From: an uncultured Pseudomonadota bacterium
GTDB taxonomy: Bacteria; Desulfobacterota; Binatia; Binatales; Binataceae
Reading direction: 5' to 3'
Length of the DNA: 64,000 nucleotides
NCBI GenBank assembly: GCA_963837035.1
Contig: CAWIMH010000031.1
Location: 11,571-75,570 of the forward strand
Every line of letters starts with the position of its first letter. The first letter of the stretch is position 1. This document shows, in pieces, positions 23,344 through 33,294 of the stretch. A program made the translations under genes and the position numbers. The notes under the pieces are model-generated. The model did not search any database, was not told where the DNA came from, and saw only the letters and a list, made by a program, of their open reading frames with translations.

Positions 23344-24582
23344 ATGGCAAGTGACAACATTTTCTCCGGACTCAAGGTCGTGGACATGGCAAGCTTCATC
23401 GCGGGCCCCAGTGCCGCCGTGATCTTGTCCGACTTTGGTGCTGAAGTGATCAAGGTGGAACCGCCCACAGGTGATGCGTGGCGGCGGGGACACACGCTCC
23501 CACCGCAGCCGCAGGCGAAAGATCCTTATCCTTGGCATCTGGCCAACCGCAATAAGCGCGGCATCACGCTTAATATGAAGTCTCAAGGTGCGCAGGAAGT
23601 GCTCGAACGATTGGTCAAGTGGGCTGACGTACTCATCGTCAATACGCCGCATCCGGCACGCAAGCGCCTGAAGCTCGAGTACGACGATGTCGAGCAGTGG
23701 AACCCGCGCTTGATCTATGCGGATCTCACCGGATTCGGCGAGAAGGGTCCCGACGCCGATCTGCCGGGATTCGATATCACGGCCTACTGGGCGCGAAGCG
23801 GTCTGTTGTCCATGACGCGCGATGCCGGCGCGCCGCCAACCTGGCCGGTGGCCGGCAGCGGCGACAATGCGACCGCCGTCGGGCTGTATTCCGCGATTGT
23901 GACGGCACTTTATCGCCGCGAGCGCACGGGCAGGGGATCCTATGTCACTACCTCGCTCCTCGCTGAAGGTGTCTGGTCGGCGAGCGTCTCGATTCAGGCT
24001 GCACTGTGTGAGGCAACGTTTTTCGGACTGCACGACCGGAAAAACCCCGCCAATGCCGCGTTGAATGTTTACCGCTCATCCGATGACATTTGGTTCGTGC
24101 TGATCGTGACGCCTGACAAGTTAGCCGCCGTGGCGTCCGCTCTAGGCCGGGTAGATCTGCTGAGCGATCCGCGCTTCTCCGATCCGGCCAAGTTGGTACA
24201 GAACATGCCGCAGCTGACAGCCATTCTCGATGAGATATTTGGCTCACAGCCGATGGAGCATTGGTACGAAGTCTTCAGCGGGGTCCACGTTACGTTCGGC
24301 GCCGTGCGCGGACCGAAGGAAGTCATCACCGACCCGCAGTTGCGCTTGAATGACATTGTCGTGCCGCTCGAAGGCGCCGGCGGTAAGCTGACCTCCACCA
24401 TCAGCAGTCCCATTCAGGTGCACGGCGTCGCTAAGGTATCCGCAAAGCGTGCTCCCGCATTGGGTGAACACAACGAAGAAGTCCTGACGCAGCTCGGGTT
24501 CAACGCGGGAGAAATCGTTGGATTGCGCACCAATGGCACCATCCCGAACGCAGGAACGCGGGCAGCCGCGGCCGCTGGATAA
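23344..24582 (+). CDS. CaiB/BaiF family (class III) CoA-transferase
   Basis: GLKVVDMASFIAGP...LSDFGAEVIKVEPP.GD, NRNKRG, NPRLIY, TGFGEKGP...PGFD, APALGEHNEEVL. Confidence 0.93.
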   Translation: MASDNIFSGLKVVDMASFIAGPSAAVILSDFGAEVIKVEPPTGDAWRRGHTLPPQPQAKDPYPWHLANRNKRGITLNMKSQGAQEVLERLVKWADVLIVNTPHPARKRLKLEYDDVEQWNPRLIYADLTGFGEKGPDADLPGFDITAYWARSGLLSMTRDAGAPPTWPVAGSGDNATAVGLYSAIVTALYRRERTGRGSYVTTSLLAEGVWSASVSIQAALCEATFFGLHDRKNPANAALNVYRSSDDIWFVLIVTPDKLAAVASALGRVDLLSDPRFSDPAKLVQNMPQLTAILDEIFGSQPMEHWYEVFSGVHVTFGAVRGPKEVITDPQLRLNDIVVPLEGAGGKLTSTISSPIQVHGVAKVSAKRAPALGEHNEEVLTQLGFNAGEIVGLRTNGTIPNAGTRAAAAAG

Positions 24583-24656
24583 GCGATCCGAGGCCGCCGC
24601 GCGTACGGCGTGGCGGCCGCTGTCGAAAACTGAAGATCTGATCCCGAGAGCTGAGC

Positions 24657-24749
24657 ATGTCAACCACTAAGCCCATCCGCCGCATCGCGATCAACGGCAC
24701 GGGTGTCATTGGCGCGAGCTGGACGTCGTTGTTCCTCCACATTGGCTGA
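24657..24749 (+). pseudogene. 30-codon remnant of a 3-hydroxyacyl-CoA dehydrogenase
   Basis: MSTTKPIRRIAINGTGVIGASWTSLFLHIG*, matching the N-terminus of the gene at 1655 (RIAIVGTGVIGASW). Confidence 0.75.
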
Positions 24750-24851
24750 CTGCTCCGTTTTGCAACAGAAGACCGAGGGACGAGCTGAATATCAGTGGGT
24801 GGGCCCGGGAGTTGTCGCCTCTTATGAACCCTCTGCGGACGATCTGATGAC

Positions 24852-25481
24852 TCAGACTGGATGGATCATGTCGCGGGCGTACGCCAATCCAATTCCATAA
24901 CCGCCACCAAAAGCCTCCACAATCGCCCGTGACCCGTCGTAGGTCTCATGGCGGGTCCAATCGCGCTGGAGCTCGAGCAAAATTTGCAGCCACGATGTCA
25001 TTCGCGCCCCCGCCGCCTCCATTCTTCGCAATGCAAGCTCATGGCTGGTGGCGGTTATTCCGCCGCACGCATCGGCCACAACGAAAACCTCATAGCCTTC
25101 GGAAAGCGCCGAAAGCACCGGGAAAGAGACACAAGCTTCGGTGAGTAACCCAGACACCAGAAGCCGGCGTCGCTGAGTTTTCAGCACGGCAGTGCGCGCC
25201 GCCTCATCTTCCCACAAATTCATGTTGCGTCGTTCTATAGATGAAATATCGGGGAGCACCGCTTGAATGGCAGGCATCAAAGGTCCGCTATAGACTTTGC
25301 TCGCCGACGTCGAAATGATTACCGGGAGCTTAAATACGGCAGCGGTCCTTGCCAGCGCTATCGTGTTATTCAATAGAACCTGTCGATCAGTCGAACCGAC
25401 GCCGAATGCGAGGCCCGCTTGCTGGTCAATCAAAAGCAAGGCGCATTCTGCCGCCTGCAGGAGGGGAGCATGATCAGTCAT
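24852..25481 (-). CDS. YcaC-related isochorismatase-family cysteine hydrolase
   Basis: LLLIDQQ, ERRNMNLWED, GLLTEACVSFP, VADACG, LLELQRDW; AGGAG RBS. Confidence 0.88.
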   Translation of the reverse strand: MTDHAPLLQAAECALLLIDQQAGLAFGVGSTDRQVLLNNTIALARTAAVFKLPVIISTSASKVYSGPLMPAIQAVLPDISSIERRNMNLWEDEAARTAVLKTQRRRLLVSGLLTEACVSFPVLSALSEGYEVFVVADACGGITATSHELALRRMEAAGARMTSWLQILLELQRDWTRHETYDGSRAIVEAFGGGYGIGLAYARDMIHPV

Positions 25482-26982
25482 TGGCATTTCTCCTATGTTG
25501 ATAGTGCTGAATAGTGGAGCGGGCTGAATTATTAACCGCCACGTCGGCACTTGCCGTCTGCCACCCGCCTCCAAGCGACTTATACAGCGCAATCAACGCC
25601 AGCGTGGAGTCGCGCTCGCTTTGTGCAAGCGCGTCGTCGGCCGCATAGAGCGAGCGTTCCGCATCGAGTACGGGGAGGAAGCTCTCGACGCCCTTCGCGT
25701 AGAGAAGCTTGGCGATTTCCTCAGCTTGGGCGTCGGCGGCGGATTCGGCCGCGAGTTTATCGCGGCGGACTCTGGCGTTGGCGTACGAGACCAGCGCCGT
25801 CTCCACGTCGCGAAATGCGTCGAGCACAGAGCGTTGATAGGCGGCTGCGGCGGCATCCGTGCGTGCGGATTCAGCCCGGACCTCAAAACGTATTTTCCCC
25901 GCGTCGAAGATTCGCCAGGTGATGCCCGGGCCGATCTGGTAGTAGCCGCTTGAGGCGGAGGTAAAGGACGATAGATTCAGGCTTTCCAAGCCCGTGGCGG
26001 CGGTGAGCGAGAAGTGCGGATACAGGTCCGCCTGCGCGATGCCGATGCGTGCGTTGGCCGCGGCGATGCGCCGCTCCGCCGCGCGCACATCCGGCCGGCG
26101 CTTGAGCAGATCCGAGGGTAGTCCCACCGGCACTCCGGACAGGGCTTGCGGGATGGGGCGCTGCACGGATAGCTCGCCGGTGATCTCGGTGAAGGGCCGG
26201 CCGATCAACGCCGCAATGCGATAAGCCGCCGCCCGTTGGTCGGTTTCGAGTTCCGGTATCGCCGCCTCAATGTCGGCAACTTGCGCCTCGGCGCGTAGCA
26301 CCTCCTGTCGCGGGGCCAACCCGGCGGTGAGGAGCGAATGGGTGAGGGTTTCAAGGTCCCGCTCGATGGCGAGGTTTTGGCGCGCCACCTCGATGCGTCG
26401 CTGCGCACCGCGCAGTTCCACGTAGTCTCGCGCCACCTCGGCGAGGAGGGTCAGGACCACATCGGCGCGATCCTCAGTGACGGCCTCGTAGTTGGCATCG
26501 GCGGCTTCAACGGTGCGCCGCTCGCCGCCGAAGATATCGATTTCCCATGAGGCATCGAAGCCGGCCTGATAGAGATTGCTGTGAATGCCGGGCCCCAGGC
26601 CCCCGGGGGGCACGCCCGTCGGGACGTTATTGCTGCCAAGGTTGCGCGTATAGAAGCCACCTGCATTGGCGGTGGGATAGCGGGCAGCGCCGGCGATGCC
26701 GCTGAGCGCACGTGCTTCGCGCACGCGCGCTTGCGCTTCGGTGATGTCGGGTGCCGAATTAAGCGCCAGCATGAGCAGACGCTCCAGAACAGGATCATTG
26801 AGGTTCTTCCACCAGGCATCCTCGACAGGGTGACCTTTGCTCGTATCCTCAGGTGCTTCGGCGAAGCTCGCCGGTACCTCAACCTTCGGTGCCACATAGT
26901 CCGGGCCGACGGTCATGCAGCCGCCGGCGAGTAGACTGAGTCCCGTGAGGGCGGCAATGCGTGGTCGCTTTAACCGGAGCAC
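25474..26982 (-). CDS. NodT/OprM-family outer membrane efflux lipoprotein
   Basis: LAGGCMTVGPDY, WW..LNDP.L, FDASWEIDIFG, GLPSDLLKRRPDV, LYKSLGGGW. Confidence 0.92.
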   Translation of the reverse strand: MLRLKRPRIAALTGLSLLAGGCMTVGPDYVAPKVEVPASFAEAPEDTSKGHPVEDAWWKNLNDPVLERLLMLALNSAPDITEAQARVREARALSGIAGAARYPTANAGGFYTRNLGSNNVPTGVPPGGLGPGIHSNLYQAGFDASWEIDIFGGERRTVEAADANYEAVTEDRADVVLTLLAEVARDYVELRGAQRRIEVARQNLAIERDLETLTHSLLTAGLAPRQEVLRAEAQVADIEAAIPELETDQRAAAYRIAALIGRPFTEITGELSVQRPIPQALSGVPVGLPSDLLKRRPDVRAAERRIAAANARIGIAQADLYPHFSLTAATGLESLNLSSFTSASSGYYQIGPGITWRIFDAGKIRFEVRAESARTDAAAAAYQRSVLDAFRDVETALVSYANARVRRDKLAAESAADAQAEEIAKLLYAKGVESFLPVLDAERSLYAADDALAQSERDSTLALIALYKSLGGGWQTASADVAVNNSARSTIQHYQHRRNAND

Positions 26983-26987
26983 TTGGA

Positions 26988-28073
26988 CTACCTCGCGACC
27001 CTGACCTGTGCCTCGGCCGACATGCCGGGGGAGATCCATTTGAGCGCCACTTGAGGGTCATCGAAGAGGATTTTGACGGGAACTCTTTGCACCACCTTCA
27101 CGAAATTGCCGGTGGCGTTCTCCGGCGGCAGGAGCGCGAACACGGATCCCGTACCGCGCTGAAGGCTCTCGACATGGGCCTTCAATCGAAGACGCGGAAA
27201 GGCATCCACCCGCACCGTGACGCTTTGCCCAGGCCGGATTCGCTCGAGCTGTGTCTCCTTGAAATTGGCGATGACATACGGAGCTTCGGGTACGATGGAA
27301 AAGAGTGTTTGTCCTGGCTGCACGTAGTTTCCCTCTTCAACGGTCTTGTTGGCGATCGTGCCGCTCAGTACGGCGGTGATCTTGGTATACGACAGATTCA
27401 ATTGCGCCTGATCCAGCGCCGCCTGGGCTTGCGCGACCGAGGCCTCGGACGTCCTCACCTGCGCGCGGGCGAGATCGGCCGCGGCCAGAGAGGAACGAAC
27501 CTTGGTCTGCGCCGCCGTGACGGTGGCGCGCGTGGCCTCCGCGGCTGCCGTGGCCGTATCGACCCGCTCGCTCGATACGGCGCGCGCATCGGACACCGCG
27601 CGCAGGCGCTTCAAGTTCGCCTCCGCGAGTACCGCATTGGCACGCGCGACCTCCAATTCGGCGCGCGCCTGTGCCGCGTCGGCGTCGGCGATCCCGACGC
27701 GGGTGTCTGCTTCCTTGCGCCTGCCCTGAGCAGCCTCGAGATTCGCGCGCGCGACATCCACTTGCACCGCGTAGTCCCTGGGATCCAGCTCGACCAGCAA
27801 CTCGCCCGCTTTGACCGCGGCGTTGTCGTCCACGTGCAGGGTTAGCACGTAGGCGGGGACCTTCGCGGTGACCGTCGTCAGATGCGCCTGCACGTACGCA
27901 TCGTCGGTGCTTTCGGAGTACCAGCCGGAAATGACAAAGTAGGCGGCAACCACTACGAGAAAGATGACGGCCGCCGCCCCGATCGCCATCGGAAGCTTCG
28001 AGGCGGGCGCACTCGCTGCCGGAGGATGTGCATCAGGAGCATTGGAGGCGGGAATCGGGTTCGGCGCACTCAT
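26988..28073 (-). CDS. EmrA/HlyD-family membrane fusion protein
   Basis: STDDAYV, IANFKETQL, FALLPPENATGNFVKVVQRVPVKI. Confidence 0.92.
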   Translation of the reverse strand: MSAPNPIPASNAPDAHPPAASAPASKLPMAIGAAAVIFLVVVAAYFVISGWYSESTDDAYVQAHLTTVTAKVPAYVLTLHVDDNAAVKAGELLVELDPRDYAVQVDVARANLEAAQGRRKEADTRVGIADADAAQARAELEVARANAVLAEANLKRLRAVSDARAVSSERVDTATAAAEATRATVTAAQTKVRSSLAAADLARAQVRTSEASVAQAQAALDQAQLNLSYTKITAVLSGTIANKTVEEGNYVQPGQTLFSIVPEAPYVIANFKETQLERIRPGQSVTVRVDAFPRLRLKAHVESLQRGTGSVFALLPPENATGNFVKVVQRVPVKILFDDPQVALKWISPGMSAEAQVRVAR

Positions 28074-29665
28074 TTGCGGATCACCGGGGTGGGCGGCATG
28101 ATGGGGATCAGGCACAGTGCAAACAATCCGATCACGGCCATGAACCCGAAAGCATCGGCGTAGCTCAGGGTCGCAGCTTGCTGCTTGCCGGCCTCCGCCA
28201 ACTGCGCCAATGCAAGGCCCTGGGCGTCGACGCTCGAGTAGCCGTGCGCAACCGCATTCGCGCTGCGCGAGGCGAGAGATGCCAGGGTGCTCCCGCTGCT
28301 GTCCCGCAGATGCTCGAACAAGCGCGCCGAATGCAAGGTCTCGCGATGCGAGAGCAGAATGTTCAGCAGCGCGACCCCGAGCGAAGCGCCGAACTGCCGG
28401 AACGTCATGTACAGCGACACCGCATCGAGGAGCTTGTCCTGAGCAATCTGTGCAACCGTGCCGCTGCCGATCGCGGGCAGGAGCGGCGATAGGCACAGGC
28501 CGTAGAGCATCAGCGGCGGAAGAAAATATCCCGTTGCAGTATCCGTCGTCAGTACGCGCTGAAAGAGCAGCATGGAGGCGATCAGCATCAAAAGCGCGAG
28601 CACAATGGTCTTGCGCTGCCCGATATGCGCGATGAGGGGGACCATTAGCGGCCGCACCGCAGCGGCGGTGAGCGCATACACGCAGATGATTCGCCCGGTC
28701 TGCGTCGCGCTGTAGGTATGCTCACTCACATTGCGCAAAAATTCGGGTAATACGTACAGGCTCCCCGATAAAATCATGCCGGTAAACAAGCCGATCAAGA
28801 TTGCCGACATCACACGGCGGTCGTGAATCAAGCTCAGGTCGAGGAGCGGTGCGCGGTTCCGCGGGTGGTAATGCCACACGAGGAACGCAATCAGGGAGAC
28901 CGCGCTGATCCCCGCGAGATGGCGGATGAGCGGCGATCCGAACCAGTCGTCGATCTGACCGCGATTGAGCACAATTTGCAGCGAGATCAGGGCCATGGCC
29001 AGCAGCCCGATTCCCAGCCAATCGGTCTTGATCACCCGAGATGGCGATGGCGGCGCAACCGTAGGGTAGTAGCGCAGCAGCAGACACACGGCGCCCGCGG
29101 CGTAGAGGAGATTCGGCAGGAAGATCAAGCGCCAGTTGAACTGTTCGGTGAGATAGCCGCTCGTCAGCAAGCCGGCAGCACTCGACAGGTACAGCACGGT
29201 CGAGATCCGCATCATCGAGGGGCTGCGCTGGGGCTTCGGCATCAGCAAATACACGCTGGCGCGCCACCAGTTGATGAGCCCCGCCCCGGCCAGCCCCTGG
29301 ATCGCGCGCCAGGTGAGGAGAGTCTCCAAGCTGGAGGACACCGCACAGCCCATGGAGGCGATCGCGAACAAAATCGTGGTCGCGATGAGGAAACGTTTGT
29401 AGCCCACATGCCCCGCGAGCCAGATCGACACTGGCACGCCGATAAACACCGAACAGCTGTAGACGGTCAGCAGCCAGCTCGCTTCGTCCGCAGAGAGGCC
29501 CAGAGTACCCGTCATATCGGGTAGCACAAGGTTCACGCTGTCGAACGTATAGAATTCCATCCCTGTCGCCAGGGCAAGTCCCAAGAGCAGCCAGCGGGTG
29601 TCGGCCGGTGATACGATCGTCGCGACCGCACGTCCCGGAACTGGGGACAGCGCGAGCTCAGTCAT
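28070..29665 (-). CDS. DHA2/EmrB-type MFS efflux transporter
   Basis: Many TM helices; WLLTVY, WRAIQG, NWRLIFLPN, DWLGIGLL...LNRGQIDDWFGS. Confidence 0.88.
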   Translation of the reverse strand: MTELALSPVPGRAVATIVSPADTRWLLLGLALATGMEFYTFDSVNLVLPDMTGTLGLSADEASWLLTVYSCSVFIGVPVSIWLAGHVGYKRFLIATTILFAIASMGCAVSSSLETLLTWRAIQGLAGAGLINWWRASVYLLMPKPQRSPSMMRISTVLYLSSAAGLLTSGYLTEQFNWRLIFLPNLLYAAGAVCLLLRYYPTVAPPSPSRVIKTDWLGIGLLAMALISLQIVLNRGQIDDWFGSPLIRHLAGISAVSLIAFLVWHYHPRNRAPLLDLSLIHDRRVMSAILIGLFTGMILSGSLYVLPEFLRNVSEHTYSATQTGRIICVYALTAAAVRPLMVPLIAHIGQRKTIVLALLMLIASMLLFQRVLTTDTATGYFLPPLMLYGLCLSPLLPAIGSGTVAQIAQDKLLDAVSLYMTFRQFGASLGVALLNILLSHRETLHSARLFEHLRDSSGSTLASLASRSANAVAHGYSSVDAQGLALAQLAEAGKQQAATLSYADAFGFMAVIGLFALCLIPIMPPTPVIRK

Positions 29666-30132
29666 CGCCCCGCACCGATCATTGCTGCAAAGAGCTCGAG
29701 GAGTTGCCCGAGCGGATGATCGATCACACTGATGCCGCCGCTCCCGCGGGCGACAATCATCGAAAGGCCGCCGATCACGGCGAAGTTCAAAAGAAAGTGG
29801 TCCGCTTCCGCGACGAAGTCCGGTCCCGAGCGCTTCCAGAACGGATGATACATGACAGTCACCGGAATCAGGAAAACGCACAATAGCAGCGCGCCCAGCC
29901 GGGCTTCAATGCCGATAAGTACGAACAATCCGGCGCCCAGTTGCAGCAATACGGTGACAAGGTGAAACAGTGTCGGCCACGGCAGTCCGCTTGCGGCGAC
30001 CTCACGTTGCGCCGCGGTCCAGCGCCAGCATTTGTCGATGCCGCTGTAGAGAAATGGCAGGGATAGAAGTACGCGCGCCAGCAATATCAACGCACCATAC
30101 ACGGCATCGTTGGGGTCGGGCGAGTTAGGCAT
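29662..30132 (-). CDS. DoxX-family membrane protein
   Basis: LARVLLSLPFLYSGIDK, ARLGALLL, YHPFW, FLLNFAVIGGL. Confidence 0.85.
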   Translation of the reverse strand: MPNSPDPNDAVYGALILLARVLLSLPFLYSGIDKCWRWTAAQREVAASGLPWPTLFHLVTVLLQLGAGLFVLIGIEARLGALLLCVFLIPVTVMYHPFWKRSGPDFVAEADHFLLNFAVIGGLSMIVARGSGGISVIDHPLGQLLELFAAMIGAGR

Positions 30133-30158
30133 CGGCAGTCAGATAGCGTTGTTCATGC

Positions 30159-32048
30159 TCACACCGCCCAGCACGAGCAACCCAGCGCTCCCCAAAAACT
30201 CCTGAGATCCGCTATCGGCAGTCTGCTCGACCAGGCGGTCGCATGCCGGTGACCATGGATATTGCAGCTGTTGGCGCAGCCGCAAGAGCCTACACGTTGC
30301 ATCGGCGTGGAATTCGGCGCCGCCGACTTCTCACCCCACGCAGCGTAGCCGCCGTAGGTTCGAACCGGCGACCAGTCCGGCATCGCCGGCGGTGGCGCGT
30401 TGTCGTCGAATCGGGAAAAGTCGCCGCTCGCGTATACAACGCGGCCCCCGACGACGGTGAGTTCGGAGGTGGTATCGGCAATCTCCTCCTCGGCGCAACT
30501 GAAGTAGTCGCGGTCGGGCACGATCACATCTGCCAATTGACCTACTTCGATGCGTCCCTTCCTTCCTTCTTCATTCGAAAACCACGTGACATTCTCGGTC
30601 CACATGCGCAGCGCCGTCTCGCGATCCAGGCAGTTGCGCCGCGGATAGAGCTGCATGCCGCCTACCGTCCTCCCGGTCACCAGCCACGCCAGCGACACCC
30701 ACGGATTGTAGGAGGCGACTCGAGTCGCATCCGTGCCTGCCGATGTCTTCACGCCCGACTCGAGAATGCGCTTCACCGGCGGCGTCGCCTTGGCCGCATC
30801 GCGGCCGTAGCGCTCGACGAAATACTCGCCCTGGTAGGCCATGCGGTGCTGGACGGCGATTCCGCCCCCGAGCGCGGCAATCCGGTCTATGGACCGCTCT
30901 GAGATCGTCTCGGCATGGTCGAAGAACCAGTTCAGACCCTTGAGCGGAATCTCCCGATCGACCCGTTCGAATACATTAAGCGCGCGGCCGATGGTTTCCT
31001 CATACGTGGCGTGCATGCGCCAGGGCCAGCGATTCTCGGCGAGGATGCGAACCACCGCCCCGAGCTCATCTTCCATCTGCGCCGGCATGTCTGGACGGGG
31101 CTGCCTGAAATCCTCGAAGTCCGCGGCCGAAAACACCAGCATTTCACCGGCGCCGTTGTGGCGAAAATAATCGTCGCCCTGCTTGTACTTCGAAGTTCTG
31201 ATCCAATTGAGAAAATCCTGCTTTTCCCCCTGTGGTTTTTGCGTGAAGAGGTTGTAGGCGAGTCGAATCGTCAGCTGCCCGTCATCGCGCAATTTCTCGA
31301 TGACGGCGTAGTCCTCGGGATAATTCTGGAACCCGCCGCCCGCGTCGATCGCCCCGGTGACCCCGAGGCGATTCAGTTCGCGCATGAAATGGCGCGTCGA
31401 ATTCAATTGATACTCGAAGGGCAGCTTGGGTCCCTTGGCGAGGGTAGAGTAGAGAATCGATGCATTGGGCTGCGCCATCAGCAGACCCGTCGGCTCTCCG
31501 GCACTGTCGCGAATGATTTGACCGCCCAGGGGCTCGGGCGTGTTTTTGGCGTATCCACAGGCCCGCAGCGCCGCACCGTTGAGCAGTGCTCGATCGTACA
31601 GATGCAGCAGGAACACCGGAGTTTCGGGTGCGATTGCATTGATTTCCTCGAGCGTCGGCAACCGCTTTTCGGCAAATTGATGCGCGCTGAATCCCCCGAC
31701 CACGCGCACCCATTGGGGTGCCGGAGTCACCGCGATCTGGCGCTTCAGCATGGCCATCGCATCGGCGAGCGAGCGTACGCCGTCCCAACGCAGCTCCATA
31801 TTGAAATTCAGGCCGCCGCGAATGATGTGCAGGTGGTTGTCGATCAGCCCCGGGAGGACGCGTCGACTCCGCAAATCGATGATGCGCGTCTCGGCGCCCG
31901 CCAGCGGGAGAACCTCAGCGTCGCGGCCAACGGCCGAGAAAACGCCGTCGGTGATCGCGATCGCACTGGCGGTCGGATTGGAGCGATCGAGCGTGGTAAA
32001 CAGCCCGCGATGCAGGATGAGCCCGGGCGGAGTGTCGGAATTCCTCAT
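30159..32048 (-). CDS. YtcJ/NfdA-like metal-dependent amidohydrolase (amidohydrolase_3)
   Basis: IDLRSRRVLPGLIDNHLH, HNGAGE, WRMHATY, FDHAE, GTDATRVASYNPW; Cys/His-rich C-terminal tail; GGAGG RBS. Confidence 0.9.
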   Translation of the reverse strand: MRNSDTPPGLILHRGLFTTLDRSNPTASAIAITDGVFSAVGRDAEVLPLAGAETRIIDLRSRRVLPGLIDNHLHIIRGGLNFNMELRWDGVRSLADAMAMLKRQIAVTPAPQWVRVVGGFSAHQFAEKRLPTLEEINAIAPETPVFLLHLYDRALLNGAALRACGYAKNTPEPLGGQIIRDSAGEPTGLLMAQPNASILYSTLAKGPKLPFEYQLNSTRHFMRELNRLGVTGAIDAGGGFQNYPEDYAVIEKLRDDGQLTIRLAYNLFTQKPQGEKQDFLNWIRTSKYKQGDDYFRHNGAGEMLVFSAADFEDFRQPRPDMPAQMEDELGAVVRILAENRWPWRMHATYEETIGRALNVFERVDREIPLKGLNWFFDHAETISERSIDRIAALGGGIAVQHRMAYQGEYFVERYGRDAAKATPPVKRILESGVKTSAGTDATRVASYNPWVSLAWLVTGRTVGGMQLYPRRNCLDRETALRMWTENVTWFSNEEGRKGRIEVGQLADVIVPDRDYFSCAEEEIADTTSELTVVGGRVVYASGDFSRFDDNAPPPAMPDWSPVRTYGGYAAWGEKSAAPNSTPMQRVGSCGCANSCNIHGHRHATAWSSRLPIADLRSFWGALGCSCWAV

Positions 32049-32121
32049 TTGTCGTCCTCCCTGTTGGCGGTCGCTTGGACGCAGTCCGGTGACTGGGTTG
32101 GCAGGAGCAAGCGTGAGGTTC

Positions 32122-32775
32122 TCAGTGTCCTTCGCTCGCGCCAAACATCGCCTTGGCGTAGATGAGTCCCAGCCCGTAGCTGCCGCCGTGAGCGATCGCC
32201 GTGGCCACAGTATCGTTGTAGGTTTCGCTGCGCGCCCAGTCACGCTGAAGCTCAAGCAAATACTGCACCGATGTCATCGGCCGCGCACCGGCTTGGATCA
32301 TGCGTTGCACCCCACGCTCGTGTGCCTCGTCGGTCACATCGCCGCAGGCGTCGGTGATGATATAGATTTCAAACCCCTGCTCGAGTGCCGATAGCGCCGG
32401 ACCGACGATGCAAACGCTCGTCCACAGGCCGGCGAGTACGATGCGGCTTCTGGCGATCCTGTTTACTTCGGCGATCACGTTCACGTCTTCCCAGGTGTTC
32501 ATCGTCGTGCGGTCGATGGCTTTTTGATTGGAAAATACTTTCTTGATTTCGTCGAAAGTCGGGCCGGAAAAGGACTTCTCCGCCACCGTGGTGACGATCG
32601 TCGGCACTTTGAATTCAGCGGCAGCCTTCGAAATCAGAGCCGCGTTGTTCCGAAGATTGACAGCGTCGATCGATTTCGTCGCAAACGCCATCTGCGATTG
32701 ATAATCGATCAGGATCAGGGCGTGGTTGCTTGGATTCAGCAGCGCCTTGGCGGGCTGTGCCTTTGCGGTGGTCAT
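32122..32775 (-). CDS. ycaC: YcaC-family cysteine hydrolase
   Basis: LILIDYQSQM, DRTTMNTWED, AGLWTSVCIVGP, ITDACGD, LLELQRDWAR. Confidence 0.88.
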   Translation of the reverse strand: MTTAKAQPAKALLNPSNHALILIDYQSQMAFATKSIDAVNLRNNAALISKAAAEFKVPTIVTTVAEKSFSGPTFDEIKKVFSNQKAIDRTTMNTWEDVNVIAEVNRIARSRIVLAGLWTSVCIVGPALSALEQGFEIYIITDACGDVTDEAHERGVQRMIQAGARPMTSVQYLLELQRDWARSETYNDTVATAIAHGGSYGLGLIYAKAMFGASEGH

Positions 32776-33010
32776 GAGCGTATCCTCGTTTCGAAATGAA
32801 ATAGTGGGTGGATTCAGGCAATCATGTCGAACAACAGAATTTCCAAGTCGTGTCGTGCAAGCACCTCGATCGCTGGCGCATCGGTCCACGCGGCTGCATC
32901 GCCGGCCTCAGAGTCGCCGCGCCAAATGGGCCTGTTGATACTCCGGCGCAAGCCCCCGCTATCGAACGTAGTCACGCCTGCAGTGTGTGCGACTGCCCCA
33001 CGTCGTGGAG

Positions 33011-33026
33011 TCCCCCATCCGGGGGA
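33011..33026 (-). promoter_or_regulatory. Operator for the ycaC-amidohydrolase-efflux operon
   Basis: TCCCCCATCCGGGGGA (identical to 21609); minus-strand CACACT at 32987-32982, 23 nt away. Confidence 0.78.
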
Positions 33027-33196
33027 GCGGAGCGCCGGAAGCGGCCGATTGTCATCGAGAGGGCTTGACGGCTGGGGCGCTGGTAGCTTCGCAGCGGCTT
33101 CGCGACGGTCTCAGCGTCGTCGCGCTCGATCCTTCAAATGCTGTTGCAGCGGCACAATGAGATGCAACCGAAAACTGCCGCGCATGGCGCCTTTGG

Positions 33197-33227
33197 AAAA
33201 AAGAACGCGGCGGGACGGACCCGCCGC
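33197..33227 (-). terminator. Intrinsic terminator after the BTAD/LRAT genes
   Basis: Minus strand GCGGCGGG-TCCGT-CCCGCCGC followed by GTTCTTTTTT. Confidence 0.7.
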
Positions 33228-33294
33228 AAAAAACCTCCCGCAGGGGGGCGCGGGAAGGGGGGAGCTCGAGTGCCGGCGCTACGGATCGGCTTGC

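Noticed and set aside
24592-24618. GC hairpin after the CoA-transferase
   Set aside because: No U-tract; may be an mRNA stability stem but is not supportable as a terminator
33234-33263. CCTCCCGCAGGGGGGC and a nearby GGGGGA half-site
   Set aside because: Three mismatches, no correctly spaced -10, and located between a stop codon and a terminator
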